A model generated the notes under the pieces. The model saw only the letters and a program-made list of their open reading frames with translations. It searched no databases and was not told the origin of the DNA. Shown here in pieces: positions 47,092 to 57,802 of a stretch of DNA of 64,000 bases. The DNA comes from Candidatus Kerfeldbacteria bacterium. Its GTDB lineage: Bacteria > Patescibacteriota > Patescibacteriia > UBA9570 > XYC2-FULL-38-9. The translations under genes were made by a program, and so were the position numbers. Positions within the stretch are counted from its first letter, which is position 1, and each line of letters starts with the position of its first letter. The DNA is taken from contig JACPGJ010000008.1 in assembly GCA_016182555.1 (NCBI GenBank), positions 386,555 through 450,554 on the forward strand, read 5' to 3'.

Positions 47092-48738
47092 CTACTCTGC
47101 TTGCGCTTTTGGTTGCCCAAATGCCGTGCTCGCTAAATCCCACACATTGGCCACCTCTTCTTCCGAAGGTTGTTCAATATTCGTCACTGGGTTATCTGCT
47201 TTTTTACCGTATTCTTTGCCAATGATCACCTCGACCATCACTGGACCGCCAAATATTTTCTCAAATACTGTGCCGATGACCGGAATATTACGTGCATCCC
47301 GTAATCGGTCTTGATAAAATTGATATTCGAAACCGAGTGTGACCGTATTCCCTTCCGCTGCAACAATTTGCCCCACTTGCAATGTGACATGCAACCCATG
47401 ATTATGGTGTTTCATCTCTTCAAGAACAGCGCTCCATTGCGCCTCAACAGCCTCAATACTGAGGGTTATCGGCAACCGTGGTTTATCCGGTTGAACCGAA
47501 GTTGCTTGTGTGGTGGGTCGCTGCTGACGAATGGTCGATGGCGCAACTGATGCTATTTTTTTTCCTATGCTCGTTGGAGTTGAACGTGGGGCTGTCGTTT
47601 GCTTGGATGGTGGAAGTGTAGACGTTGCCGGCAGACGAACCGGTAAGGGCTTCTCTTTCGCCGAATCAATAATCGCCAATTCTATAGGAAGCTGTGGAAT
47701 GCTTGCAGAACGAAGCTGCTCTGCGGCGCGCATCCAAACATGAATGATCCGTGATAGATCATTCGTACCAAAATCCATGACCAACGTTTTCAGAACTTCC
47801 TGTTCACTACTCACTGCCATATAGTCGAAGACATTGGTGTCTTGCTGAACACTGTACAATAATAACGCACGTAAAAATTCAATAGCATCTTTCGTGAATT
47901 GTGTAAGCACCGCTCCGTCATGATATAGTCGGTTCACTCTCGTTATTGCTGCGGCAATATCTTTTTTCTGAATTTCTTGAAAAAGATTGATCAATTCATC
48001 AGCATCCGAATACGGTAATACTTGGCGTGCAGCGGCCAAGGTAATTGGTGAACTCTGTAAAGACAATACTTGCCCAAGCAAACTTTCTGCATCTCGTAAT
48101 GCTCCTTCACAACGCCGAGTAATAGCATGAAGCACTTCTGGATCCACTTCCACTCCCTCCGCCTGGGCAATATGTGTGAGTCGAGCGACAACATCCGCAG
48201 GGCGAATCGTATGAAACGTAAAACGCTCGCAACGTGAAGCAATCGTGGCTGGCACTTTATGTATTTCAGTAGTGGCCAGAATAAAGATCGTCTGTTTCGG
48301 TGGTTCTTCCAATGTTTTCAATAAAGCATTAAACGCTGAAGTTGATAACATATGCACTTCATCGATGATAAATACTTTCCAAGGCAATCGTGAAGGTGCT
48401 ACACGAGCATTTTCAATAATATGTTCACGCACATGATCTACACCGGTATGCGACGCGGCATCAATTTCCACAACATCTAAAGCGCGGTTTTGCAAAATAC
48501 TCACGCAATATTCACAGGTATTACATGGCTCTCCGTCTGTTATTTGTTGACAGTTTACTGCACGCGCCAGCAACCGAGCCGTACTGGTTTTCCCGGTGCC
48601 GCGTGGACCACAAAATAAATAGGCGTGCGCAACAGCCTGGTCACGGAGTTCATTCTGCAATGTGGTGCGAATATGCTCTTGGCCGACCATGTCGGCAAAT
48701 CGTTGTGGTCGATATTTTTGATATAAGGATGTAGACAT
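47092..48738 (-). CDS. dnaX: DNA polymerase III subunit gamma/tau
   Basis: LYQKYRPQRFADMVGQEHI, Walker A GPRGTGKTSTARLLARAVNC, zinc module CNTCEYC, DEVHML. Confidence 0.9.
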   Translation of the reverse strand: MSTSLYQKYRPQRFADMVGQEHIRTTLQNELRDQAVAHAYLFCGPRGTGKTSTARLLARAVNCQQITDGEPCNTCEYCVSILQNRALDVVEIDAASHTGVDHVREHIIENARVAPSRLPWKVFIIDEVHMLSTSAFNALLKTLEEPPKQTIFILATTEIHKVPATIASRCERFTFHTIRPADVVARLTHIAQAEGVEVDPEVLHAITRRCEGALRDAESLLGQVLSLQSSPITLAAARQVLPYSDADELINLFQEIQKKDIAAAITRVNRLYHDGAVLTQFTKDAIEFLRALLLYSVQQDTNVFDYMAVSSEQEVLKTLVMDFGTNDLSRIIHVWMRAAEQLRSASIPQLPIELAIIDSAKEKPLPVRLPATSTLPPSKQTTAPRSTPTSIGKKIASVAPSTIRQQRPTTQATSVQPDKPRLPITLSIEAVEAQWSAVLEEMKHHNHGLHVTLQVGQIVAAEGNTVTLGFEYQFYQDRLRDARNIPVIGTVFEKIFGGPVMVEVIIGKEYGKKADNPVTNIEQPSEEEVANVWDLASTAFGQPKAQAE

Positions 48739-48743
48739 GAAAA

Positions 48744-49403
48744 TTAAATTAACTCTGCATTGGATCCCCCACCCAGTTCTAAGTCATCGCCCATCGGCAG
48801 TTCCGCGTTCATGCCGTCATTCAACAATAGTTGCATGTGCGCATCCATATCATCAACATCATCGGTCTGCTTAATCACATTTTCAACCGCTGCCCAACGA
48901 GCCGGCATATCTGCTGGAATCAACATAATCACTCCGTCATTTGGTTCACCTTTATAATACGTCACGCTCGCGGTAATGAGGCGATAACTTTTTCCGCGTT
49001 GGGTCACAACCCGGTATGCACCAGTTTCAGCATCGCGAACAAGCGTACCAACTTCTCGGTTCCGTTTCACTGGTCCAATTTGCTTGTAAATAAATGATCC
49101 ATCTTGCTTAATGGTCAACTTCATAATATCGCCTTCAACCAACTTCGACTTACTCGCATAATTAGCAGGAACAGTGTACACACGACCATCAGGACCCACC
49201 ATATTTTGACCATCAAAAACCCCTTCAATAATAGTATCGCGATTATCAGATTCAACACTGCCAAATTCGAGCGCTTTTTCTTTCGATGCCCGTTGTTCGT
49301 CCACTGGACCAAGCGAATCGAGTAACTGTTGAACCTGAGTGAGCTGCGCTTGAATATCTTCAATTTTACGATGAATTTTCTCTACGAATGGTTCTTGATT
49401 CAT
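48744..49403 (-). CDS. Conserved hypothetical protein (219 aa)
   Basis: Directly downstream of dnaX on the same strand. No recognizable motif. Confidence 0.35.
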   Translation of the reverse strand: MNQEPFVEKIHRKIEDIQAQLTQVQQLLDSLGPVDEQRASKEKALEFGSVESDNRDTIIEGVFDGQNMVGPDGRVYTVPANYASKSKLVEGDIMKLTIKQDGSFIYKQIGPVKRNREVGTLVRDAETGAYRVVTQRGKSYRLITASVTYYKGEPNDGVIMLIPADMPARWAAVENVIKQTDDVDDMDAHMQLLLNDGMNAELPMGDDLELGGGSNAELI

Positions 49404-49539
49404 AAGGATATTTATTTTTGTTGTTTGTTAATCCGTTAGGCATCTTACCTGAAAAGCGCCATGTTGTAAATACAAAAAATCGCCCCTATTTCGAGCGTTT
49501 TTCTCGTCACACAAGACATTATTCACACGCTATCCACTC

Positions 49540-49890
49540 CTATGCAGGCAAAGCAAAAGAATCATCGTTGATTTCCTCTTCTGTTTGCTGACCGCGCAAT
49601 TTTTGAATCATAATCCGTTCTTGCGCAAATAATCTATTCAACTCTTCAATATTATGATCAACTAATAACTGTTTTTTCTTTTTGACATAATCCACCACCG
49701 TACGAATTTTTTCTGGATGATCCATAAAATAATCCATTGCCCCTTCCATTTGCTCTGGAGCCAACATATCAAGAATACGAAAAAATACATCTTGCTCACC
49801 CCGTGTTAAATCCTGAAATGGATCTAATGGAGCAAATGTTTCCGGTTCACCAAATTCATCTAATTGTTCATCCTCCTGATACGCTGCCAT
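49540..49890 (-). CDS. Hypothetical acidic protein (116 aa)
   Basis: ORF with high Asp/Glu content. Confidence 0.3.
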   Translation of the reverse strand: MAAYQEDEQLDEFGEPETFAPLDPFQDLTRGEQDVFFRILDMLAPEQMEGAMDYFMDHPEKIRTVVDYVKKKKQLLVDHNIEELNRLFAQERIMIQKLRGQQTEEEINDDSFALPA

Positions 49891-49905
49891 AGAAAATTTC
49901 CTTAA

Positions 49906-50172
49906 TTATGCGGCATGTCTTGCGGTAAAACGTTCTTTAAAACGCTCTTCAACTTCAGCGGCTGGTGCTACACCCTCGGCTAAAGCCAAGTTGCCGGTTT
50001 CAGTCATTTGAAAACTATCAAAAGCATTTGAACCTTCTTGAACCAAAGATTCAAGAACTACAAAAACCCCTGCTAAACCTTCACGTTGTTCTTTAGGCAA
50101 TGGAGCAATACGTTCATCGAGAGAACCTTCGGTTTTGCGCTCTTTTGCGTTTCCAATAGTGCGTTCATCCAT
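49906..50172 (-). CDS. Hypothetical protein (88 aa)
   Basis: ORF only. Confidence 0.3.
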   Translation of the reverse strand: MDERTIGNAKERKTEGSLDERIAPLPKEQREGLAGVFVVLESLVQEGSNAFDSFQMTETGNLALAEGVAPAAEVEERFKERFTARHAA

Positions 50173-50263
50173 AAAATATAGTATAACTTATTTTTCGTAT
50201 ACCGTAAATATCGCTGTCTTTATTGTATTTATCACACTTTTTTGATTTTGTCAAGGGCAAAAA

Positions 50264-53200
50264 TTAAGAAGGAAATGGGGTCCACATAAACTCTGTTTGG
50301 CCACGTTTATTCAACAATTTTACTCGTTTTTTCTGGATATGAATACGAAATTTTTTGTGGTGTATAGGAAAATAGCGAGCTAATTTTCTCAACGTAAATT
50401 TTGCTGTTGCGGTGTTATAAGAAAAAATTTTAAAGTAAATCGTTGCCCCACGTTTTGTACCCATCACCACTTCAACAGTGCTATTGGTTTGATCCAAATT
50501 ACCCACCGCAATTTTGCGTAAATGTAATTTCGGAGACAACCGTTTCTTCTTCAAAATGGTTCCTAATTTAGAGTATACGTGTGTCGTCGTACCTGTTTTA
50601 TTTTTCACAGTAAAAATATACGCCGCTCCACTCACGCTTATCAACCGTGGAGAAACTCCACCAATAGCAAATGCTTCCCAGGAAGCCACCAATTCATTTT
50701 GCTTATTATACACATAGACAATCCCTTTTCCTTTTCGTTTACCACTCACATGATCCACATCAATCTCGGCTCCACTTTCATCCGGTTCTGAAACCGTCAC
50801 CGTTATCTCATTACTCGTTGCACTCGCACCTTGTGGGTCGCGTGCACGAAAATAAATATCTTCGCTACCCGCAAAATAATCTGGTGCAGACATCGTCACA
50901 TTCCCCTCATCATCAATATCCACCGTAATCACGTCTGTACCAACTGCACTGAAGGTGAGTACATCCCCATCCGCATCAGAAAAATAATCGCTCAAATTAA
51001 ACAGGGTATTCGTGGTATCCCCGGCGAGAAAAGAAATATTATCTACACTGCCGGAAAACACCGGAGCCATATTTTCGCCTTCCCCATTACTTTCATACGC
51101 CCCCATATCAACTCCATTTCCTCGTGGCCGACCGGTTCCGAAATAATCAGTTGCCGGCGCATTTGCTGTATCTCCTTCATCCACCACAATAGATTCATCA
51201 GAAATGTTGCCAGAGAGAATTTGATATGACACACCAGAAGAAACGAAATCGGACAATTCATAATCTGTGCTGGTATATAGCGTCAACGTATTTCCGGTAT
51301 GCTGTTGAATCATCCAAACGTGACGCTTCGTTATATCCGTGGTGGCATCAGCAACGAGAAAATAGGGAACGCCAGCTTCAGACATGTCCCATTCACTCTG
51401 TGTCCATGTCGCTGAAGTATCTGTCAATGTGTCGGCGGTGATGCTTGTACTGATGCCAGAAGCCTCTTCCTCAAATAGATTGGTGTCTGCAATGGCAATG
51501 CTCTGATCACCACTCTCCGGGCAATCTGGTGTTGCCGCAAAAAAATTCGTTTCGTTATAGTAACTATAATTATAATTTTCGGTCACGTTTGGGTTACTCG
51601 TCACACAAGTAATGCCACCGCCGTCGCCATACGCCACGATATTATTGAATACCGTAAATGCCGCCGTTGCATCATTCAAGGTCAATTGACCAACATTCGA
51701 TTCTGTAGAACGATTACCCAAAAACGTATTATTGCGAATGCTACCACTCGTATTCATCGCGCTGGCGAGATATCCATAATCATCATTACCAACAACAAAA
51801 TTGTTTTCAATAGTTCCCGGGGTACAGGCAATACCAGAGCCATTACCCGCCACCACACTGGTGCTCAATGAACAGTTATCAAATGTACCATCTACTGCTG
51901 CTGTACCATTACCAGCAATAATTGTATCTTCTACGATCAACTGAGCCGTGTCATCTACACCGCTAATCCCCGCACCCGTTACCGCAGAAATTAAAGAACG
52001 ATCAATCGTTGTGGAAGATGACCCAACATCAATACCATTCTGTCCACAGGATCGTAATTCAACAGAGTCCACAGTCATGATACTGGAGGAGGAAGCGCCG
52101 CCAGCCAGAATACAACTCCCACCAAATTCACCAATAATCATATCTTTAACCGTCGCTTGAGTGAGTGCGCTATCATTCATGATGACCGCCGGAGCATTTG
52201 TGAAATATAATCCAAGCAACGTGGTCGTGTCCTGACCAGTGCGCCCGGCTCCATCAATAATTAAATTTTTGGAACCGAGGTCAATATATTCTACAAAAAC
52301 ACCATAGGGGACGGTAATGGTTTCTCCACTACTGGCTGCAGACACAGCTTCCGCAATAGAATCATACGTTCCCCCACCTCCGCTTCGAGTCACACCATTA
52401 TGGACAAAAACAACCACGTCAAATGAATCGTCACTTTGCACCGTGTTCGTATGATCAATAACAGAAAAATGAAACGTATAATTCGGAATCACTGAAGGAG
52501 TAAAGCTCGGTGTGGCAGTTTGTTCATTTGTGACGGTCAAGGAACTCCCTTCTTGTGTGAAAACATACGTTTTCGCATCACCTTCTGCTATGGAATCACT
52601 AAAATCGAATGTGACTAATTCATTTATCGTGGAATGGATATTTCGTTTAGCTACTACGGGAACAGGAACACTCGCTGTTCCACCCGTAAAACCCATATCA
52701 TTTTGCGAAAGATCATCATCATCATACCGGTCACTAGGATCCCCCGCATTTCTTGCTGACGAAAGCGATTGCAATGTGACATTTGTGACGACATACGGAT
52801 CACCATGGTTGCTACTCGTTTCATAGTTCAACATACTATAACTATTACTGGTACTAGCAACCGTAATAGTCGTAGCGGTATTGGACAGAATATACCAGGC
52901 ACGACGATTCGTACTATTGTTCGTTGTATTTGCAAATAAAAATGAACCAGCAAACTGATTCGCCGTCCAAGATGTACTGGTATCGGTCAGGATGGTATTT
53001 GTCAAATCGCTCGTGTTGCCGGACGCGTTTGTTGTAAATAACGGATCACTGGTGATACCATTACTGAATGTACATTCCGTACTATCTTCATCACCATTGG
53101 TATTATTATAGATATCATTATACGCTGCATCACAGCTCGTCACTGTTTCACTAGTCGTATCAATCGCATTCACATTATTATGAGCGATAATGTTATTGTG

Positions 53201-54565
53201 AATATCTAACGTTTGCAACATATTCTCTGACAAATCTATACCATCTGAATCATTGGCGAGTATCGTGTTGTTGCGGATATACACACTGATGGGGTAATAA
53301 TTTTCTGCTCCCACAACCCGAATACCACTACCGTCTGTTCCAGCCGTACCATTACCGATAATTTTATTATGGTCAACAACGATAGTGCGTTCTTGCGTGG
53401 TGGCGGAATCTGTCTGCAAAAAATCAGCAAATATTCCATTCAATCCATTGCTTGCAATCGTATTATCATGAATAAATGCTGTGGCCTGTGCATCAACCAA
53501 CGCAATACCGGAACCATTGTTATCGACGATATCGCAATCATACACGGTCCCACCAGCTTCCGTCGTTTCTGTACTCATGATTGCCACGCCATCACTCATC
53601 GCATTACGGATAGAAAATCCATGTAATTTTGACCTCAACGTTGTCCCCTCATCAAAGACGACCGCACGCTGGTTTCCACTGGCATCAATAATACTACTAT
53701 TATTCCCAGTCGCACCATTTCCGTTAATATCAATACTCTTTCCGTCAAAATCAACTGATTCCTGATATGTTCCTGCAGCCACCATAATCACATCACCATG
53801 AGAAGATTGATCAATGGTGTAATTGATAGTTAAACAAGGAGAACTTTGGCTAGTGCACGACCCAGTATCAACCCCTCCAGTATCATCGACATATCTCTCC
53901 GTGCGCGTCGTAAAAGCAGAAGCCGCTGACCACGCAGAATCACCGTTACTGTTTGTATAACGCACAAAAGCATAATAGGTGGTATTTGGAGTCAACGTGG
54001 TTGCCACCGTTACTTGTTCACGATCAGTCGTGTCATTATCTTGGCTCCAAACTACACTACTCCCACCACTATCGCTGGTGACTTTCCAATCGGTAGAATC
54101 GTGAAACGCAGAAGAACGATATGTTGAACCAACCAATATTGGATTGAGGCCTATTCCAGCTAAACCAGCACTTGGATAAATGATTGTTGGAGTGTCTGGT
54201 TCATTCGCTGCATGCGTTGGCGATTGCACCAAAAAAATACCATTCGTGCTAACGATAATGATAATAACGATGATCGTTGAGAGCGCACTGGCTTGAACAC
54301 GCCGATGCCAGCGACGATGCTGCGTATAGGAATGCATATATCCTGTATGTGGGTCCACGGTGTAGGCCATAGAAAATACGGAAGCCGGCGGAAGAAATAA
54401 CACCATGACGGTATATGTCAGCGCAAAAACCACATACGCAAAAAATAACACCACACTCAACAAAAAACGGTTGAGAAAAAAATTTCCTTGGTCGCGTACA
54501 CGCGTTTCAATACGAAAAATATATCCTTGTATCTGCGAATAAAGAAAAGAAAATATTCTCCCCAT
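50264..54565 (-). CDS. Giant surface protein (1433 aa): two-TM leader, FN3-like domain, long right-handed parallel beta-helix (PbH1-type) region, cadherin/Ig-like domain, conserved basic C-terminal domain
   Basis: Leader loop DPHTGYMHSYTQHRRWHRR and FN3-like block DWKVTSDSGGSSVVWS...YYAFVRYTNSNGDSAWS are shared with the 12291-16970 product. Many NNTI/NNII asparagine-ladder repeats. C-terminal APVFSGSVDNISFLAGDTTNTLFNLSDYFSDADGDVLTFS plus Lys-rich tail are homologous to the other giant protein. Confidence 0.7.
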   Translation of the reverse strand: MGRIFSFLYSQIQGYIFRIETRVRDQGNFFLNRFLLSVVLFFAYVVFALTYTVMVLFLPPASVFSMAYTVDPHTGYMHSYTQHRRWHRRVQASALSTIIVIIIIVSTNGIFLVQSPTHAANEPDTPTIIYPSAGLAGIGLNPILVGSTYRSSAFHDSTDWKVTSDSGGSSVVWSQDNDTTDREQVTVATTLTPNTTYYAFVRYTNSNGDSAWSAASAFTTRTERYVDDTGGVDTGSCTSQSSPCLTINYTIDQSSHGDVIMVAAGTYQESVDFDGKSIDINGNGATGNNSSIIDASGNQRAVVFDEGTTLRSKLHGFSIRNAMSDGVAIMSTETTEAGGTVYDCDIVDNNGSGIALVDAQATAFIHDNTIASNGLNGIFADFLQTDSATTQERTIVVDHNKIIGNGTAGTDGSGIRVVGAENYYPISVYIRNNTILANDSDGIDLSENMLQTLDIHNNIIAHNNVNAIDTTSETVTSCDAAYNDIYNNTNGDEDSTECTFSNGITSDPLFTTNASGNTSDLTNTILTDTSTSWTANQFAGSFLFANTTNNSTNRRAWYILSNTATTITVASTSNSYSMLNYETSSNHGDPYVVTNVTLQSLSSARNAGDPSDRYDDDDLSQNDMGFTGGTASVPVPVVAKRNIHSTINELVTFDFSDSIAEGDAKTYVFTQEGSSLTVTNEQTATPSFTPSVIPNYTFHFSVIDHTNTVQSDDSFDVVVFVHNGVTRSGGGGTYDSIAEAVSAASSGETITVPYGVFVEYIDLGSKNLIIDGAGRTGQDTTTLLGLYFTNAPAVIMNDSALTQATVKDMIIGEFGGSCILAGGASSSSIMTVDSVELRSCGQNGIDVGSSSTTIDRSLISAVTGAGISGVDDTAQLIVEDTIIAGNGTAAVDGTFDNCSLSTSVVAGNGSGIACTPGTIENNFVVGNDDYGYLASAMNTSGSIRNNTFLGNRSTESNVGQLTLNDATAAFTVFNNIVAYGDGGGITCVTSNPNVTENYNYSYYNETNFFAATPDCPESGDQSIAIADTNLFEEEASGISTSITADTLTDTSATWTQSEWDMSEAGVPYFLVADATTDITKRHVWMIQQHTGNTLTLYTSTDYELSDFVSSGVSYQILSGNISDESIVVDEGDTANAPATDYFGTGRPRGNGVDMGAYESNGEGENMAPVFSGSVDNISFLAGDTTNTLFNLSDYFSDADGDVLTFSAVGTDVITVDIDDEGNVTMSAPDYFAGSEDIYFRARDPQGASATSNEITVTVSEPDESGAEIDVDHVSGKRKGKGIVYVYNKQNELVASWEAFAIGGVSPRLISVSGAAYIFTVKNKTGTTTHVYSKLGTILKKKRLSPKLHLRKIAVGNLDQTNSTVEVVMGTKRGATIYFKIFSYNTATAKFTLRKLARYFPIHHKKFRIHIQKKRVKLLNKRGQTEFMWTPFPS

Positions 54566-54574
54566 GTTGAATGA

Positions 54575-57109
54575 TTAAATAAAAGATTCTGGACCAGTCA
54601 TGCCACCACCACCAAGCTTATCCCACTGGGCACGTTCGCGAATCGTATCTTCCACTTCTTGGCGGTCACGTCCATATTTCATGCGTGATAATTCTCGGAG
54701 TAATGGGCTCATTGAGCGGTTACCATCTGGTGGCAAAATCGTATTCATATTGAATGGCCGTGATGCGGTATTATCAATCAATAACTTAATATTCGCCGTA
54801 TACTGCTCTACATTAATAATATCGTTTTTATTAAAAACCGGAATAAATTCTTTTTCCAGAAATTCGGCGTCTTCCGCGCCTACACGAAATGCCGCCATCG
54901 TACCTGCGTTCCCAAACACCGCATCGCGAATTTTTGTATCGTTATTTGTGGTCAGTTGCGCAATATACTGGTGAGCCATAATCAAATTCAACAAATATTT
55001 ACGAGCTTCAGATAAAATCGTCGCAATCGAATCGGTAGAAAAATTTTGAAATTCGTCCATGTATAAGTAAAAATCTTTGCGTTTTTCTTTTGGCATATCG
55101 GCACGCGCCATTGCGGCCATCTGAATTTTTGACACCATGATTAACCCCAACAAACTAGAGTTCACTTCTCCAATTTTTCCTTTAGACAAATTCACTAACA
55201 AAATCTTTTGGTTATCCATTACATCACGCAAATTAAACGCTGAACGGGACTGACCAATGATATTACGCATCATGTCATTGGTCAGGAAACGACCAATTTT
55301 CGAAATCACGTAAGACAACATATCTGCCGCAGATTGCCCAGCTTGCGACTGTTCATATTCCTGTTCCCAAAAATTTTTCACAATCATGTTTTTCACTTTC
55401 GCTACCTTCTCTTTGCGGAATTTATCATCCGTGAACATGCGTGGAATTTCAATCAACGTTGCTCCGGCTTCTTTGTCTTCCATCAATGCCAACATGGCGT
55501 TACGCATGTAGTGTTCAAACATCGGGCCAATCATTTCTTGACCAAACAATTTGTAGAAAATAGCCACCATCTCCTGCACCGCAAAATCTTTCTGTTCATC
55601 ATTTTCATATTCCAACATGTTCAATCCCATTGGTCGCGTACTATCCGACGGATCAAAAATAATCACATCGTCTATGCGCTCTTTTGGAATGTGCGGCAAA
55701 ATATCTTCCACTAATTCTCCATGCGGATCAATCACGCCAACCCCTTCTCCATTTTGGATATCTTGCAACGCCATTTGGGTCAACAACACCGATTTACCGG
55801 AACCAGATTTACCAATCACATACATATGGCGTCGGCGGTCGGCGCGTTTAATACGCACCATAGTTTCAGTGCTACGATATTTCACCTTTCCAATAATAAT
55901 CCCCTCTTTCGGCATATTCGCGGGTGGTGCAGATTTGCGCGCCATGAGCCAGCGAATATTTGGTGTTTCCGTCGTCGGTAATGGCAAATGCCACAATGAC
56001 GCCATTTCTTTGGTGTTCAATACAAAGCTGTGTTTTGAATCAAACGTACGATAAATAAAACTATTCACCAAATCTTGTTTGTCACTTGGTTTACTGGCCA
56101 CAAATTTATTGCCATATTGGTAACCCGCATATTGCGAAAACACATTCAAAATATTCATCAGTTTTGATTCGGCCTGTTGTGGGCTTGGGCCCGAAGCAAT
56201 CACCCGAATATTCACATCAAAACCAGATTTGGATGTTTTTTCTTCCAACGATTTCACTATTTGGTCTTCCATAGGTGACAAACGGTAATCTCGGTCGGTT
56301 TGTGGATCAATACCAGAATCCCGTTTTGATTTCTTGGGGAAAAATGTGTGCCAAATTTCACGAAATGCTTTTACAAAAATATTGGACATCACTTCGTTAT
56401 AGGCTTGCTCCATACTTTTCCCCTGCTGCATGGTGTGCGCCACTTTTGACGGGTATTCATGCCAATCTGCTTTTGCCGAACGAATAACAAACTGAATGGC
56501 TGCGCCTTCATTTTTTTCAAACTTGGACAAGACATTCGTAATCGCATTCAACGGATCAGATTCCATTTTGTCGTATGTTTGAATCGCAAACATTTGATCT
56601 TTGTCCAGCTTCAGCGAAGAGGCCACAATCGCTCCTTGCGGATCAAAAATATTGTAATCCTCAACTTCATAAATTTCTGCCGTTTCATATTGTGCTTGAA
56701 TTTGGTGTTCAAAATACTGCTTCATATAGCGGGGCACCGCCGCATAAAATGTCACCTGGCCTTCTTTATCTGCCACAATTTCAAGTGATAGATGATCGTT
56801 GCGACCAAAGAGAAAATGCATAAACCCACGCTGTGCTTTTACACCGCCAAGTGTAGCGAAAAATACTTCGGCAACAGAAATTTTTTCTTTAATCTGGTCT
56901 CCGCTTGGCGGCTGGCTACTCTCATCTTCTTGTCCTTCTTTCGGAATCAGAATTTGCAACACCACCATGTGGAAGGCGCTAGGACGTTTCAAACTGCGCT
57001 GAATAATATGGCGAATTACTAACAACACCAGAAATAAAAATACCCCAGAAAGCAAAACATATCCGATGATCAGAATAATGCTATTGAGTGCTAAAATAGT
57101 ATCCAACAT
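54575..57109 (-). CDS. Membrane-anchored VirB4/TrbE-like (TraG/FtsK/HerA superfamily) P-loop ATPase with ~400-aa unique N-terminal domain
   Basis: N-terminal TM segment. Walker A YVIGKSGSGKSVLL followed by IDPHGE. Walker B FYLYMDEFQNF. RK...LIMAHQYIAQL motif analogous to the VirB4/VirD4 RK...TQS..QL box. Walker A is mid-protein, as in VirB4. Confidence 0.6.
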   Translation of the reverse strand: MLDTILALNSIILIIGYVLLSGVFLFLVLLVIRHIIQRSLKRPSAFHMVVLQILIPKEGQEDESSQPPSGDQIKEKISVAEVFFATLGGVKAQRGFMHFLFGRNDHLSLEIVADKEGQVTFYAAVPRYMKQYFEHQIQAQYETAEIYEVEDYNIFDPQGAIVASSLKLDKDQMFAIQTYDKMESDPLNAITNVLSKFEKNEGAAIQFVIRSAKADWHEYPSKVAHTMQQGKSMEQAYNEVMSNIFVKAFREIWHTFFPKKSKRDSGIDPQTDRDYRLSPMEDQIVKSLEEKTSKSGFDVNIRVIASGPSPQQAESKLMNILNVFSQYAGYQYGNKFVASKPSDKQDLVNSFIYRTFDSKHSFVLNTKEMASLWHLPLPTTETPNIRWLMARKSAPPANMPKEGIIIGKVKYRSTETMVRIKRADRRRHMYVIGKSGSGKSVLLTQMALQDIQNGEGVGVIDPHGELVEDILPHIPKERIDDVIIFDPSDSTRPMGLNMLEYENDEQKDFAVQEMVAIFYKLFGQEMIGPMFEHYMRNAMLALMEDKEAGATLIEIPRMFTDDKFRKEKVAKVKNMIVKNFWEQEYEQSQAGQSAADMLSYVISKIGRFLTNDMMRNIIGQSRSAFNLRDVMDNQKILLVNLSKGKIGEVNSSLLGLIMVSKIQMAAMARADMPKEKRKDFYLYMDEFQNFSTDSIATILSEARKYLLNLIMAHQYIAQLTTNNDTKIRDAVFGNAGTMAAFRVGAEDAEFLEKEFIPVFNKNDIINVEQYTANIKLLIDNTASRPFNMNTILPPDGNRSMSPLLRELSRMKYGRDRQEVEDTIRERAQWDKLGGGGMTGPESFI

Positions 57110-57117
57110 CTTGCGTG

Positions 57118-57765
57118 CTATTGGCCAAACTGTTTAGTGCGCTGTTCTTTGCGTAACTTGCGTTGGAGCTTCATCATACGGTCGGTTTTAATTTTGGATT
57201 CCTGTTCAAGAAAGTATTTATTCACGCGCGGAATGGTTGCTAACCAATCACGAATCAACTGTAATACGCGCCGAGCGGTGGCGGAAAATGTGGTCATCAT
57301 CTGTTCAATAGCGCTAGCAGATTCCTCTCCTTTTGTTCGGAATTTTAACTGTTCTTCTGGGGTCATCGATTGATAAATTTTGGTTAAACCATCAGATAAA
57401 ATAGATTCAATATCAACACGAGCGGCGGTTTTTACTGGAACAATAGGCGCAACCGGAGCGACGGGCTGTTGAACAGCGGTCGTCGTGCCCCGCACTCCCG
57501 GGCGCTGCACTTCTGGAATAGCCGGCTGTTGTTGGTCATAGGAAATTTCTTGTTCTTGCTTGTTTTTTTCAACAGGGATGGGAGCAGTAACTTCTGGCTG
57601 GGGTGCCGTCACCGGATAATTCAAAGAAACCTCCGGTGGTTGAGGCGACAATGGTGCATCCAGGACAATACCTAAGTCCTGCTCTTTGCCTCTTTTTTTG
57701 TTCTTACTTAAGATCGGCATGAAATATGAAAAATATGCAAAAAGGATGTAGCTAGTATAACACAA
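57118..57765 (-). CDS. Proline-rich membrane-anchored protein (215 aa), first gene of putative ATPase/giant-protein operon
   Basis: N-terminal hydrophobic segment, PxP-rich spacer (PQPPEVSLNYPVTAPQPEVTAPIPV...QPVAPVAPIVPV), helical basic C-terminus. 9-nt gap to the ATPase gene. Confidence 0.4.
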   Translation of the reverse strand: MCYTSYILFAYFSYFMPILSKNKKRGKEQDLGIVLDAPLSPQPPEVSLNYPVTAPQPEVTAPIPVEKNKQEQEISYDQQQPAIPEVQRPGVRGTTTAVQQPVAPVAPIVPVKTAARVDIESILSDGLTKIYQSMTPEEQLKFRTKGEESASAIEQMMTTFSATARRVLQLIRDWLATIPRVNKYFLEQESKIKTDRMMKLQRKLRKEQRTKQFGQ

Positions 57766-57802
57766 AATTGCCTCTTCTGCAATATATGGTACACTCTTTT
57801 GT

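Noticed and set aside
49906-50172. YbaB/EbfC nucleoid protein downstream of dnaX
   Set aside because: Position is suggestive, but the sequence lacks the YbaB core motifs. Left as hypothetical.
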